Origin: a virus
Length of the DNA stretch: 64,000 nucleotides
IMG/VR virus record: IMGVR_UViG_3300036770_005084
Coordinates: 32,001-96,000 of that record
Reading direction: 5' to 3' (one strand)
Translations under genes and position numbers: made by a program
Notes under the pieces: generated by a model
Database searches by the model: none
What the model was told of the DNA's origin: nothing
What the model saw: the letters and a program-made list of their open reading frames with translations, nothing else
Part shown: in pieces, positions 10,411 through 21,015 of the stretch
Layout of the letters: every line of letters begins with the position of its first letter
Numbering within the stretch: position 1 is the stretch's first letter

Positions 10411-12072
10411 ATGGCAAATCTTTTTGGGTTTTCGATTGAAGACAATAATAAACTTCCAAAAGGTGCAGTATCACCCGTCCCCGATAACAACGAGGACGGG
10501 GTTGATTACTATTTAACTAGTGGATTTTATGGTCAATATGTAGATATTGAAGGTGTATATAAAAATGAACATGATTTAGTTAGAAGATATCGTGAAATGG
10601 CACTTCACCCAGAATGTGATAGTGCCATTGAAAATGTCGTAAATGAGGCCATTGTTAGTGATCTAAATGATTCTCCAGTAGAAATAGAATTGAGTAATTT
10701 AAATTGTAGTGATTCTTTAAAAAAAATTATTAGAGAAGAATTTAAATATATAAAAGATCTTTTAGATTTTGATAAAAAATCTCATGAGATTTTTAAAAAT
10801 TGGTATATAGATGGTAGATTGTTATATCACAAAGTAATAGATCTAAAGAATCCTAGTGAAGGTATAAAGGATCTTAGATATATGGATGCCCTTAAAACCA
10901 AATTTGTTAGGCAAGAAAGAAAAGAAAAGAATAATAATCTGTCAAATTCTTATGTAAATTATTCAAATATGAATAATTTAACTGCATTTAAGGAACCAGT
11001 AATTGATGAATATTTTATATACTATCCTAGTGGTTCTGCTCAAAAGGCAAATTCAACTGTAAATGGAATTAAAATTTCAAAAGATTCTGTAGTATTTGTT
11101 CATTCTGGATTAGTAGATAGAAATCGTCAATTAATACTATCATATCTACACAAAGCAATTAAATCACTCAATCAACTAAGAATGATTGAGGATTCTCTTG
11201 TGATTTATAGATTGTCAAGAGCACCAGAAAGAAGAATATTTTACATCGATGTTGGCAATTTACCAAAAGTAAAGGCAGAACAATACTTAAGAGATGTAAT
11301 GTCTCGTTATAGAAACAAATTAGTTTATGATGCCAATACTGGTGAAATGCGTGATGATAAAAAATTTATGAGCATGATGGAAGATTTTTGGTTGCCAAGA
11401 CGTGAGGGTGGTAGGGGAACAGAAATCACTACACTTCCAGGTGGTCAAAATCTAGGTGAACTATCAGATGTTCAATATTTTCAAAAGAAGTTGTTTAGAT
11501 CTCTAAATGTACCAGAATCAAGAACTGCATCTGACGGCGGATTTAATCTTGGTAGATCCTCTGAAATACTCAGAGATGAATTAATGTTTGGTAAATTTGT
11601 AGGAAGATTAAGAAAACGGTTTAGTGCCTTATTTCATGATCTATTAAAAACTCAATTGGTATTGAAAAATATTGTTACCCCAGAAGATTGGGAGAAAATG
11701 AGTGACCATATTCAGTATGATTACTTATATGATGGTCATTTTGCAGAATTAAAAAATACTGAATTAATGAATGAAAGATTGAATTTAATGGTTGCAATTG
11801 AACCATACATTGGAAGATATTATTCAAAAGATTATGTTAGAAGAAAGATTCTTCGTCAAACTGATCAAGAAATAGTAGATGAAGATAAGATGATGAAAAA
11901 GGAAATTGAATCTGGAGAGTATCCGGATCCAAAATTAATGCCTCCGATTGGACCCGATGGACAACCAATCGATATGCAGGGGAATCAGATATTAGGAAAT
12001 GTTCCGATGGAACCAGATTTAAAGTCTGCCGATTCTGCTACTTCAATTAACAGCAAGGCTGCTGAGATATAA
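10411..12072 (+). CDS. gp20: Portal vertex protein gp20
   Basis: RAPERRIFYIDVGNLPK, EDFWLPRREGGRGTEITTLPGGQNLG. Confidence 0.98.
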   Translation: MANLFGFSIEDNNKLPKGAVSPVPDNNEDGVDYYLTSGFYGQYVDIEGVYKNEHDLVRRYREMALHPECDSAIENVVNEAIVSDLNDSPVEIELSNLNCSDSLKKIIREEFKYIKDLLDFDKKSHEIFKNWYIDGRLLYHKVIDLKNPSEGIKDLRYMDALKTKFVRQERKEKNNNLSNSYVNYSNMNNLTAFKEPVIDEYFIYYPSGSAQKANSTVNGIKISKDSVVFVHSGLVDRNRQLILSYLHKAIKSLNQLRMIEDSLVIYRLSRAPERRIFYIDVGNLPKVKAEQYLRDVMSRYRNKLVYDANTGEMRDDKKFMSMMEDFWLPRREGGRGTEITTLPGGQNLGELSDVQYFQKKLFRSLNVPESRTASDGGFNLGRSSEILRDELMFGKFVGRLRKRFSALFHDLLKTQLVLKNIVTPEDWEKMSDHIQYDYLYDGHFAELKNTELMNERLNLMVAIEPYIGRYYSKDYVRRKILRQTDQEIVDEDKMMKKEIESGEYPDPKLMPPIGPDGQPIDMQGNQILGNVPMEPDLKSADSATSINSKAAEI

Positions 12073-12075
12073 ATA
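12068..12075 (+). promoter_or_regulatory. Late promoter TATAAATA
   Basis: Exact consensus overlapping the gp20 stop codon. Confidence 0.75.
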
Positions 12076-12095
12076 AATTTAAACTTGAGGTTTAT

Positions 12096-12263
12096 ATGGA
12101 ATCTAGTTACGAATTAATGGATATGATTATGTCCAGCAATAGTCCAGAGCAAATATCAGATAAAATTAAAGAGATTTTGTTTTCAAAATCTTCAGAAAAT
12201 ATTGAGTCAATAAGTCCCGCAGTTTCTTCTTCATTATTTGGAAATAATTCGGAGGATAGTTGA
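12096..12263 (+). CDS. Small protein after portal (prohead-core, gp67-like position), 55 aa
   Basis: Read manually: MESSYELMDMIMS...; GAGG RBS; not in ORF track. Confidence 0.65.
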   Translation: MESSYELMDMIMSSNSPEQISDKIKEILFSKSSENIESISPAVSSSLFGNNSEDS

Positions 12264-12266
12264 TCT

Positions 12267-12959
12267 GTGGAAGAAATCAACAAAGAATTAATTGATTTCT
12301 TCAAATTAGTAAAAGAAGAAAAGAAAGAAAAAAAAGAAAAAATTAACTCTATAATAGGTAATTCCTTTATTGAAGATTTCATAAATCCTTTGGTAAAAGA
12401 GTTAAACTCTAAAAATATCTCAACTGAAATAATAGTTGAAGATAAAATTGAAGAGTTATCCGAAGAAAAAACTCTAGTAGAAAAATCTTTAGGTCTTTTA
12501 TCTGAACCATCTTCGTCAAAGAATCAAAATGATCCATTAACTCCAATGGATCAAAATTTTGTAACATTAGATCAATTACAAAAGCACTATAAATTATTCT
12601 TAGAAAGAATACAGCAGCAACTTTCTACTTTAGGTGGAGGTGGTGAGGCAAACCTTACTTACATGGATGTCCCAATAACATCTGTTACTTCTTCTTTTTA
12701 TAGAATTAAACCACAAGATTATTATATTGGAGTGAATTATGTTGGAGCAGTTACTATTACTTTACCAAAAGCAGATAGAGAAGGAAAAATTTTTGTTGTT
12801 AAGGATGAATTGGGAGAAGCATCAAAAGGAACTAATAGATATATTACAATCTTACCAACAGGATCCGACTTAATTGATGGTAGAGATAGAGCAATTCTTG
12901 CTTATGATTATGGTTCACTTACGTTTGTTTGGAAAAGTAATTCCTGGAGGGTAATTTAA
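12267..12959 (+). CDS. Hypothetical virion-associated protein
   Basis: ORF; QQQLSTLGGGGE motif and beta-rich C-terminal domain. Confidence 0.65.
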   Translation: MEEINKELIDFFKLVKEEKKEKKEKINSIIGNSFIEDFINPLVKELNSKNISTEIIVEDKIEELSEEKTLVEKSLGLLSEPSSSKNQNDPLTPMDQNFVTLDQLQKHYKLFLERIQQQLSTLGGGGEANLTYMDVPITSVTSSFYRIKPQDYYIGVNYVGAVTITLPKADREGKIFVVKDELGEASKGTNRYITILPTGSDLIDGRDRAILAYDYGSLTFVWKSNSWRVI

Positions 12960-14173
12960 TGTCACACTTATATGATCAGTCTCCATTAGGGAAAGGATTT
13001 AGTGGTGATTTGTTTGGAAGATTAAAAATATCTCAACCATACACTCTATTTGATTCATCTCATATATATTCTCAAGATGGAGATTTTAGTGATGTAATTA
13101 AAGGTATTGGTTCTGCCGTTGGAATAATTACTTCTCAAAGTACTGCAACATTAGGTATTGGATCAACTTCTGGTTGCTCTTATATTCGTGAAAGTAAAAG
13201 AGTATTTTCATATCAACCAGGAAAATCACTACAAGTCTTGCAAACTTTTGTAATGAATCCACCTAAAAATAATTTATTACAAAGAGTTGGATATGCATCA
13301 TCAGAAAATGGTGTGATGTTAGAACTCAATGGTTCTCAAATAAACATAATAAAGAGAACTGCAATTTCTGGAGTTGGAACTACTATATCAATTCCACAGT
13401 CTGAATGGAATCAAGACAAATTAGATGGTACTGGACCCAGTGGATATACCTTAGATATTACGAAAGCACAAATATTATTCTCAGAATACGAATGGTTGGG
13501 TGTTGGTTCTGTTAGAGTTGGATTTGCGATTGATGGTAAATTTATTATTGCTCACCAATTTGATCATGCAAATCATATAGACACAACATATATGACAACA
13601 GCAACTCTTCCAATTAGATATGAAATATTAAATACAGGAAATACTTCGTCACCATCATCAATGAAACAGATATGTGCATCTGTTCTTTCTAATGGTGGAT
13701 ATGAAAGATTAACCAAAAGAGATGTTGCAAGAAGATTAACTACTGTTTCTGTAGGTTCCACATCATTTGTTCCATTGGTAACTATTCGTCTTACTCCAGG
13801 AAGAGAAGATGCAATTATTCTTCCAAAATCATTTTCATTTTTAGGAAGTTCTGCGAACACATCAATTTTAGAGGTTGCTTGGATTCGTAATGGTACTATC
13901 AATGCAACAACTTGGGAATCTCTACAAGGAACACCAAATGCACAAAAAAATACTGATGCAACTACAATTACTGGTGGAACTATTATTTTAAATGATTTTG
14001 TTTCCTCTGCAAATAAATCAGATACTCCATTAAATGTGGAAAGTAATTATAATTGGGATTTACAATTGGGAAGAACTCAAGCAAAGGTAAGTGATACGAT
14101 TACACTAGCAGCAAGAGCAGTGACAGGTTCTGCAGATTGTATTGGTGGAATTACTTTTTACGATTTAACATAA
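12959..14173 (+). CDS. Putative virion structural protein (beta-rich)
   Basis: DLFGRL, YQPGKS, EWLGVGSVRVGF, LPIRYEI motifs; translationally coupled to upstream ORF. Confidence 0.65.
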   Translation: MSHLYDQSPLGKGFSGDLFGRLKISQPYTLFDSSHIYSQDGDFSDVIKGIGSAVGIITSQSTATLGIGSTSGCSYIRESKRVFSYQPGKSLQVLQTFVMNPPKNNLLQRVGYASSENGVMLELNGSQINIIKRTAISGVGTTISIPQSEWNQDKLDGTGPSGYTLDITKAQILFSEYEWLGVGSVRVGFAIDGKFIIAHQFDHANHIDTTYMTTATLPIRYEILNTGNTSSPSSMKQICASVLSNGGYERLTKRDVARRLTTVSVGSTSFVPLVTIRLTPGREDAIILPKSFSFLGSSANTSILEVAWIRNGTINATTWESLQGTPNAQKNTDATTITGGTIILNDFVSSANKSDTPLNVESNYNWDLQLGRTQAKVSDTITLAARAVTGSADCIGGITFYDLT

Positions 14174-14179
14174 CGATCT

Positions 14180-14187
14180 TATAAATA
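14180..14187 (+). promoter_or_regulatory. Late promoter TATAAATA
   Basis: Exact consensus. Confidence 0.75.
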
Positions 14188-14210
14188 ACTAATATAAGAT
14201 TTTTGCACCA

Positions 14211-14774
14211 ATGTATGTTTTTAAGGTAGTACAAAATGTACCAGATTTGAGTGTATCTGTTGGATCTGCTGTTACCACTGATTATATTTCATTAAAAACT
14301 GGATATTTGGCAATAAGTGCTGAAGTTGGATGTTATATTGAAGTTGGAAATTCACCTTCTATCAGTACGACATCATCATCTACTTGGGTATCTACAAATG
14401 AAACTTTTGTATTTAAAGATAGTGCCGCATCTAATAAAATTGTTGGGGTAACTACTGGAGCAACTACTATATTAGATTTTCCAGAAGGAACTGGATGTCC
14501 AGTTTCAGTTGGAGACATTGTTTCAGTTTCTGGGGTATATCCTGTCGGAATCAATACAACGAACGCATTGGTGACTGAACTTACTAATGGAATAGGTGCT
14601 GGTGGATTTAGAACTTCAAGAATTATTTTAGATTATGATACTTCATCTGTGGTTGGAGTTATAACCACTACAGAAAATGCTGAGATTAGAAGAGCAGTTA
14701 GAATTGCTGCTCAGGCATCAAGTTCCGGTGGAACAGTACATATAACAGAAGTTCAATTAGCAACTGGCGGATAA
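14211..14774 (+). CDS. Virion structural protein upstream of gp21
   Basis: ORF; VTTGATTILDFPEGTGCP motif; conserved position in cyanomyoviruses. Confidence 0.7.
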   Translation: MYVFKVVQNVPDLSVSVGSAVTTDYISLKTGYLAISAEVGCYIEVGNSPSISTTSSSTWVSTNETFVFKDSAASNKIVGVTTGATTILDFPEGTGCPVSVGDIVSVSGVYPVGINTTNALVTELTNGIGAGGFRTSRIILDYDTSSVVGVITTTENAEIRRAVRIAAQASSSGGTVHITEVQLATGG

Positions 14775-14775
14775 A

Positions 14776-15426
14776 ATGAAATTAATCACAGAAGAGATAG
14801 AATCAGTAGAAATAATCACTGAAGAAAAAAATGGTGTGAAAACACTATATATTCAAGGTCCATTTTTACAAGCAGAAGTAACTAATAGAAATGGTAGAAA
14901 CTATCCAAAAACAATTTTAGAACGTGAAGTAAACAGATATTATACTAATTTTATTTCTAAAGGTAGAGCATTGGGTGAACTAGGTCATCCAGATGGACCT
15001 ACTGTTAATTTGGATCGTGTTTCACATATGATTACAAGTCTTCATTCTGAAGGCAATAACTTTATTGGAAAAGCTAAGATTTTAGATACTCCAATGGGAA
15101 ATATTGCAAAGTCTTTATTGGGTGAAGGTGTAACCCTCGGGGTTTCTTCAAGAGGAATTGGTTCTTTAGTTGAAAGAAATGGAATCAAATATGTTGGTGA
15201 AGATTTCATGCTTGCCACTGCTGCTGATATCGTAGCAGATCCATCCGCACCTGATGCTTTTGTTCAGGGTATTATGGAAGGGAAAGAATGGGTATGGGAT
15301 GGAGGAATTTTAAAGGAGACCAGTGCTGAAGAGTCAAGAAAAGCAATTGAAAGATTGTCTAGACAAAAAAGATTAAATGAGGAGAATAAACTCAAATTAT
15401 TCTCCAAATATCTTTCAAATCTATAA
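14776..15426 (+). CDS. gp21: Prohead protease gp21
   Basis: MKLITE, RALGELGHP, LGVSSRGIGS, ADIVADPSAPDAFV. Confidence 0.98.
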   Translation: MKLITEEIESVEIITEEKNGVKTLYIQGPFLQAEVTNRNGRNYPKTILEREVNRYYTNFISKGRALGELGHPDGPTVNLDRVSHMITSLHSEGNNFIGKAKILDTPMGNIAKSLLGEGVTLGVSSRGIGSLVERNGIKYVGEDFMLATAADIVADPSAPDAFVQGIMEGKEWVWDGGILKETSAEESRKAIERLSRQKRLNEENKLKLFSKYLSNL

Positions 15427-15428
15427 TT

Positions 15429-15436
15429 TATAAATA
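15429..15436 (+). promoter_or_regulatory. Late promoter TATAAATA (gp22)
   Basis: Exact consensus. Confidence 0.8.
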
Positions 15437-15475
15437 AATATAGAATAAATTAAAGATTTTATTCGGAGAATAAAA

Positions 15476-16636
15476 ATGAGTGTCGGTAACGATTTACAAG
15501 AAATGGAAGTATCAACAAAAAAATCAACTTCTGCAGTAAATAAGGGTGCTAAACCAGCAGAGTCCATGCCAAAAGGGACTATTCCTGGTGAAGGACTAAA
15601 TAATTCTGTAGAGGATCTTGGTGGTCCAACACCCCAAAATTCTCGTCCCAGTGATGAATCAAATAAACTAAAGACCCCTGCAAGAACTTTATCTAAAGTT
15701 AGCAATGTTGTAAATAAGGGAGCAAAAGCACCCGACCCAATGCCAGTTGCTAACAAATCTGCAATGAGTTATGAAGAAACTGAATTAGAAGATGAAGTAA
15801 TTGCTGAGGAAGAAGAAGTTGATGAAGATCAAATTGAAACTGAGTATGAAGAAGATGAAGAAGTAGTCGAAGAAGAAAATGAGTTTTCTCTAGACGAAAG
15901 ACTTGAAGAAATTGCAAGAGAAAAAATTGATTGTAGAGAAGATATTAATGCCCTAATGGGTGGTGAAGATCTCAGTGAAGAGTTTATGCAAAAGGCATCA
16001 ACAATTTTTGAGACTGCAGTAAAATCAAAACTACATGCAATTATCGAAGCCTTTGAAGTTGACTACTCAAACAAACTTGTAGAAGAAGTTACCGCAATTA
16101 GAGAAGAATTAACTGAAAGAGTTGATTCTTATCTTGAGTATGTTTCTGAAGAGTGGATGGTAGAAAATGCCCTCCAAATCGAAAGTGGCATTAAAGTTCA
16201 AGTAACAGAATCGTTCCTATCAAATCTGAAGGAACTTTTTGAAGATCATTATGTAGAAATCCCTGAAGATAAATATGATGTATTAGAAGGAATGGTCGAA
16301 AGACTAGATGAGATGGAAGAAAAACTCAACGAACAAATCGAAAGAAATGTTCAACTTAACAATAGATTAAGTGAAGCTGTAAGTGATACAATTTTATCCG
16401 ATGTTTCTGAAGGGTTAGCTTTAACTCAGAAAGAAAAACTTGCTTCTCTTGCCGAAAGTGTTGAGTTTGAAAGTGAAGAAGACTATCGTGAGAAACTGGA
16501 GACACTAAAGGAATCATATTTCTCAAGAACTCCAGATTTTTCAAGAAAAGAGGAAATGCTAATAGAAGAAGCAACTGAGGACTATTCTCCTCAAATGAAT
16601 GCTTATCTAAAAGCAGTATCAAAATACTCTAAGTGA
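15476..16636 (+). CDS. gp22: Prohead core scaffold gp22
   Basis: Acidic coiled coil; VDSYLEYVSEEWM, KLETLKESYF; between gp21 and gp23. Confidence 0.95.
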   Translation: MSVGNDLQEMEVSTKKSTSAVNKGAKPAESMPKGTIPGEGLNNSVEDLGGPTPQNSRPSDESNKLKTPARTLSKVSNVVNKGAKAPDPMPVANKSAMSYEETELEDEVIAEEEEVDEDQIETEYEEDEEVVEEENEFSLDERLEEIAREKIDCREDINALMGGEDLSEEFMQKASTIFETAVKSKLHAIIEAFEVDYSNKLVEEVTAIREELTERVDSYLEYVSEEWMVENALQIESGIKVQVTESFLSNLKELFEDHYVEIPEDKYDVLEGMVERLDEMEEKLNEQIERNVQLNNRLSEAVSDTILSDVSEGLALTQKEKLASLAESVEFESEEDYREKLETLKESYFSRTPDFSRKEEMLIEEATEDYSPQMNAYLKAVSKYSK

Positions 16637-16701
16637 ATTTAATATTATACTAAATATTTGTAGATTAACACTTTAACAAGACAAACCAAGGAGAAAAGCA
16701 A

Positions 16702-18117
16702 ATGTTCCTTTCAGAACAATTGCAGAGAAAGTGGGAACCACTTCTTGAAGCAAATGGTTTAGAAAAAATTTCTGATCCATACAAGAAGGCAGTTACCGCA
16801 GTTCTGCTCGAAAACCAAGAAAGATTTCTAAAAGAAGAGAGAGGTTTCCTTGCGGAAGCAACTCCAAATATCAATACTGATCCAAGTGCAACTGGTGCTG
16901 CTGGTTTCTCTGGGGGTGCATCAACTCCAGTAGCAGGTTTTGACCCAGTTCTAATCTCACTCATCAGACGTTCAATGCCAAATCTTGTGGCATATGATCT
17001 TGCTGGTGTTCAACCAATGAATGGTCCTACAGGACTCATCTTCGCAATGCGTTCTACTTATCAGAACCAGAATGGTGAGGAAGCACTTTACAATGAACCA
17101 GATACTTCATACTCTGGACAAGATGATGGATTCGACCTTGCTCAAGGTGGATATGTTTCAGGTTCAAGTGGTGCATCTGTAGGTTTTGGTACTACCGGAT
17201 TTATTGGTGGTGGTTCTGCTGCTGGTAGCAACCCTGCTAGTCTAAATGGTGGTGCTGGCACTACCTATAGAGTTGGTCAGGGTATGAGCACTCAAGCTGC
17301 TGAGGCACTTGGTGGTGAAGATGGTGATCACTTCAACCAGATGGGATTCAGCATTGAGAAGATTGCTGTTACTGCAAAGTCAAGAGCACTCAAGGCTGAG
17401 TACACCCTAGAACTCGCACAAGACCTCAAGGCAATCCATGGTCTTGATGCTGAAGCAGAACTAGCAAATATCCTCTCAACCGAGATCCTTGCTGAGATCA
17501 ACCGTGAAGTTATCCGCACCATCTATAAGGTTGCAGAACCTGGTGCTCAAACTAACGTAGCAACTCAAGGTGTATTTGACCTAGACGTTGATTCCAACGG
17601 TCGTTGGTCTGTAGAGAAGTTCAAAGGTCTTCTTTTCCAACTTGAGAGAGATGCTAACGCAATTGCTCAAAGAACTCGTAGAGGAAAGGGCAACACAATT
17701 CTGTGTTCTGCTGACGTTGCATCTGCTCTTACCATGGCAGGTCTTCTAGACTATACCCCAGCACTCAACACCAACCTAAGTGTTGATGACACTGGCAATA
17801 CCTTTGCTGGAGTACTCAACGGCAAGTTTAAGGTATATATTGATCCTTATTCAGCAAACCTTGCTGCTGAGCAGTATTACGTTGTTGGTTATAAGGGTAG
17901 CAATCCTTATGATGCAGGTCTATTCTACTGCCCATATGTTCCTCTCCAAATGGTTCGTGCCGTTGGTCAGGACACCTTCCAACCAAAGATTGGATTCAAG
18001 ACTCGTTACGGAATGGTTGCAAACCCATTCGCAGAGGGAACCAATGCTGGTCTTGGAGCAATCAAAGCAGGTTCAAACCGTTACTACAGAAGAGTAAAGG
18101 TTCTAAACCTAATGTGA
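16702..18117 (+). CDS. gp23: Major capsid protein gp23
   Basis: GVQPMNGPTGLIFAMR, AKSRALKAEY, FQPKIGFKTRYG. Confidence 0.99.
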   Translation: MFLSEQLQRKWEPLLEANGLEKISDPYKKAVTAVLLENQERFLKEERGFLAEATPNINTDPSATGAAGFSGGASTPVAGFDPVLISLIRRSMPNLVAYDLAGVQPMNGPTGLIFAMRSTYQNQNGEEALYNEPDTSYSGQDDGFDLAQGGYVSGSSGASVGFGTTGFIGGGSAAGSNPASLNGGAGTTYRVGQGMSTQAAEALGGEDGDHFNQMGFSIEKIAVTAKSRALKAEYTLELAQDLKAIHGLDAEAELANILSTEILAEINREVIRTIYKVAEPGAQTNVATQGVFDLDVDSNGRWSVEKFKGLLFQLERDANAIAQRTRRGKGNTILCSADVASALTMAGLLDYTPALNTNLSVDDTGNTFAGVLNGKFKVYIDPYSANLAAEQYYVVGYKGSNPYDAGLFYCPYVPLQMVRAVGQDTFQPKIGFKTRYGMVANPFAEGTNAGLGAIKAGSNRYYRRVKVLNLM

Positions 18118-18136
18118 TCTCAAATCACAATTTCTC

Positions 18137-18161
18137 AGGGGTCCTTCGGGACCCTTTTTTT
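18137..18161 (+). terminator. Rho-independent terminator after gp23
   Basis: GGGTCC-TTCG-GGACCC followed by a T run (cUUCGg loop). Confidence 0.9.
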
Positions 18162-18191
18162 ATGCGAATAAATAGTTCAAAACTAATAAGG

Positions 18192-18743
18192 ATGGCAAAT
18201 TCAATTTGGTCAAAACAGATAGAAAATAGAAATTTTTTATCTCCAACTGGGTTTAAATTTATTTTAAACAAAGCACCTAAGGTAGATTTCTTTTCCAACA
18301 CCGCAAATATTCCAGCAATATCATTGGGGTCTTCCACAATGACTAGGTATGGAAAAAATATTGATATACCTGGTGATAAGATGGAATTTGGTGATTTTAA
18401 TCTTAGATTCATCGTAGATGAATATTTGGAAAACTATATGGAAATATGGAATTGGATGACCGGACTAGGATTTCCATATAGTATTGAACAATATCACGAT
18501 CTAACAGAAACTGCAGATCCAAACCTAAAAGGAATAAAATCTATATCATCATATGAAAGATCTGATGGAACTTTACAGATTTTAAGTAGTAATTTTAATC
18601 CCACATTATCTGTAATTTTTTATGGTTTATATCCAATATCATTGTCTTCATTGGAGTTTGATGCAACTTCAGAAAATATAAACTACTTCACAGCACAAGT
18701 AAACTTCAAATATACTTACTATAAAATACTTAAAAATATATGA
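18192..18743 (+). CDS. gp3: Tail completion / sheath stabiliser gp3
   Basis: NRNFLSPTGFKF, IPGDK, FIVDEYLENY, FKYTYY; ATG 18192 preferred. Confidence 0.9.
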   Translation: MANSIWSKQIENRNFLSPTGFKFILNKAPKVDFFSNTANIPAISLGSSTMTRYGKNIDIPGDKMEFGDFNLRFIVDEYLENYMEIWNWMTGLGFPYSIEQYHDLTETADPNLKGIKSISSYERSDGTLQILSSNFNPTLSVIFYGLYPISLSSLEFDATSENINYFTAQVNFKYTYYKILKNI

Positions 18744-19171
18744 TTGATCTTGAAAAATTGCAAGAATTATGGAAAGAGGATTCGACAATCGACATTGATA
18801 ATTTACATAATGAATCTTTAAGAGTTCCAACACTACATTCAAAATACTATGAGATATACAATAATATATCATTACTAAGAAAAAGAGCAGAACTACAATA
18901 TAAGCAAAAAAAATTAGAACGATATAATTATTACAGTGGAAAAGCAGATCCTCAAGCATATGTAGAAGAACCTTTTCCATATAAAGTGAGAGATAAAGAA
19001 GGTATGCAAAGGTATCTGGATGCAGATAATAAACTATCAGATATTTTTATGAAAATTGAATATTATGATACAATGTTAAAATATTTGGAAGAAATTATTA
19101 AAATGATTTCAAATAGATCATTTCAAATTAAAAACTCAATTGATTTTCTAAGATTTCAGTCCGGTATGTAA
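18740..19171 (+). CDS. uvsY: Recombination mediator UvsY
   Basis: WKEDSTID, LHSKYY, RSFQIKNSIDF; synteny. Confidence 0.92.
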   Translation: MIDLEKLQELWKEDSTIDIDNLHNESLRVPTLHSKYYEIYNNISLLRKRAELQYKQKKLERYNYYSGKADPQAYVEEPFPYKVRDKEGMQRYLDADNKLSDIFMKIEYYDTMLKYLEEIIKMISNRSFQIKNSIDFLRFQSGM

Positions 19172-19173
19172 AT

Positions 19174-20634
19174 ATGACAAATTTAGTAATTAGTAAAAAG
19201 AACGAAATATATTTAAAGATAGATTGCGAACCACATATTAAATATGAACTTTCTGATCAATTTACCTTTGATGTTCCTGGAGCAAAGTTTATGCCCCAGT
19301 ATAGAAGTAAGCATTGGGATGGAAAAATTAGATTATTTAATCTAACAACTGGAGAAATTTATGCCGGTCTTTTGGATAAAGTTATAGAGTTTTGTGAGAA
19401 TCACAATTATAAATTTTCATTAGAAGAAAATAAATTTTATGGAATCCCAGGAGAAATAGTTGAATCAATTTCTTTAGAGGGAGTTAAAGATTATATGAAG
19501 AGTATTTGTTCTCATGAACCTAGGGATTATCAAATCCAAGGGGTTTATGAGGCACTTAGATACAAAAGAAAACTAGTTCTATCTCCAACTGCTTCTGGGA
19601 AATCCTTAATGATATATTCCGTAGTTAGGTATCTAGTTGAAAGGGGGAAAAATATTCTACTGATAGTTCCAACTACTTCATTAGTAGAACAAATGTATAA
19701 AGACTTTGAAGATTATGGATGGGATTCTGAAAAATATTGTCATAAAATTTATGGTGGTATGGATAGAAGCAGTGATAAACAAGTAACAATATCAACTTGG
19801 CAATCAATTTATAAGTTAGATAAAAGTTATTTTACTTCATACGATGCTGTTATAGGTGATGAAGCACATCTATTCAAATCAAAATCCCTTGTAAGCATCA
19901 TGTCGAAGTTATTTGATGCCGATTATAGATTTGGGTTTACAGGCACTCTAGACGGTTCTCAGACGCATAAACTGGTATTAGAAGGTCTATTTGGACCAAC
20001 ATATAAATTAATTAAAACTGATGAGTTAATTAAAAAAGGATATCTTTCAAAATTAGATATTAAAGTTCTTCTTTTATCTCATAATGATACAAAGATAGAC
20101 AACTATGAGGATGAAGTTCAGTATTTAATAACCCACGAAAGAAGAAACAAGTTCATCAAAAATCTAGCATTAGACTTAAAAGGAAATACTTTAGTTCTGT
20201 TTAATCGAGTAGAATCTCATGGTAAACCACTATTTGATTTAATAAATAGTGGTGCTAAGAATAGAAAGGTGTTTTTTATTCATGGTAAAGTAGATACTGA
20301 AGAAAGAGAATTTGTAAGACAAATTGCAGAAACAGAAACCAATGCAATCATTGTTGCATCATATGGAACATTCAGTACAGGTATCAACATTAAAAATTTA
20401 CACAATATTATCTTTGCATCACCTAGTAAATCTAGGATAAGAAATCTTCAAAGTATTGGAAGAGTCCTAAGAAAAGGGAAAGAAAAGGTTTCTGCTACTT
20501 TATATGATATTGCAGATGAAATTAAATATCAATCAAAAAAGAATTATACTTTAAATCATTTGATAGAAAGAATTAAAATCTACAATGAAGAGAATTTTAA
20601 CTACGAAATTTTAACTATAAATTTTAAAAAATAA
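19174..20634 (+). CDS. uvsW: DNA helicase UvsW
   Basis: SPTASGKS, GDEAH, LQSIGRVLR. Confidence 0.97.
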   Translation: MTNLVISKKNEIYLKIDCEPHIKYELSDQFTFDVPGAKFMPQYRSKHWDGKIRLFNLTTGEIYAGLLDKVIEFCENHNYKFSLEENKFYGIPGEIVESISLEGVKDYMKSICSHEPRDYQIQGVYEALRYKRKLVLSPTASGKSLMIYSVVRYLVERGKNILLIVPTTSLVEQMYKDFEDYGWDSEKYCHKIYGGMDRSSDKQVTISTWQSIYKLDKSYFTSYDAVIGDEAHLFKSKSLVSIMSKLFDADYRFGFTGTLDGSQTHKLVLEGLFGPTYKLIKTDELIKKGYLSKLDIKVLLLSHNDTKIDNYEDEVQYLITHERRNKFIKNLALDLKGNTLVLFNRVESHGKPLFDLINSGAKNRKVFFIHGKVDTEEREFVRQIAETETNAIIVASYGTFSTGINIKNLHNIIFASPSKSRIRNLQSIGRVLRKGKEKVSATLYDIADEIKYQSKKNYTLNHLIERIKIYNEENFNYEILTINFKK

Positions 20635-21008
20635 TGGAAGACGATTTTTATGCTACTATTAAATTAGTATCTGGAGAAGAGATATTCTGCTCTGTTTGTC
20701 CCTTCTTTGAAGAAGAAAAAACATTTTTACTATTAGATAATCCAGTAATAATAATTCCTATACAAAGTAAATCTTCTAAAATAGTAGGATATAAAGTATC
20801 ACCTTGGATAAACATTTCAGATGATGAAATGCATATTATAGAAATGAAAAATGTGATTACTATAACCGAAGTAAATAAACCAGAAATAATTTCAATATAT
20901 CAAAAATTCACTAAAAATACTTCTAAGGTAGAAGTTACTAAAGAAATGGGATTATTATCTAAGGTAGATGAAGCAAGAAGTCTTCTAGAAAAGATCTATA
21001 ATACTTAG
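20634..21008 (+). CDS. Conserved hypothetical protein (Sm-like fold family)
   Basis: FYATIKLVSGEEI; conserved between uvsW and gp55. Confidence 0.75.
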   Translation: MEDDFYATIKLVSGEEIFCSVCPFFEEEKTFLLLDNPVIIIPIQSKSSKIVGYKVSPWINISDDEMHIIEMKNVITITEVNKPEIISIYQKFTKNTSKVEVTKEMGLLSKVDEARSLLEKIYNT

Positions 21009-21015
21009 ATATTAA

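Noticed and set aside
16356-18412. Antisense and alternate-frame ORFs over gp22, gp23 and gp3
   Set aside because: Shadow ORFs from biased codon use; no motifs or RBS.
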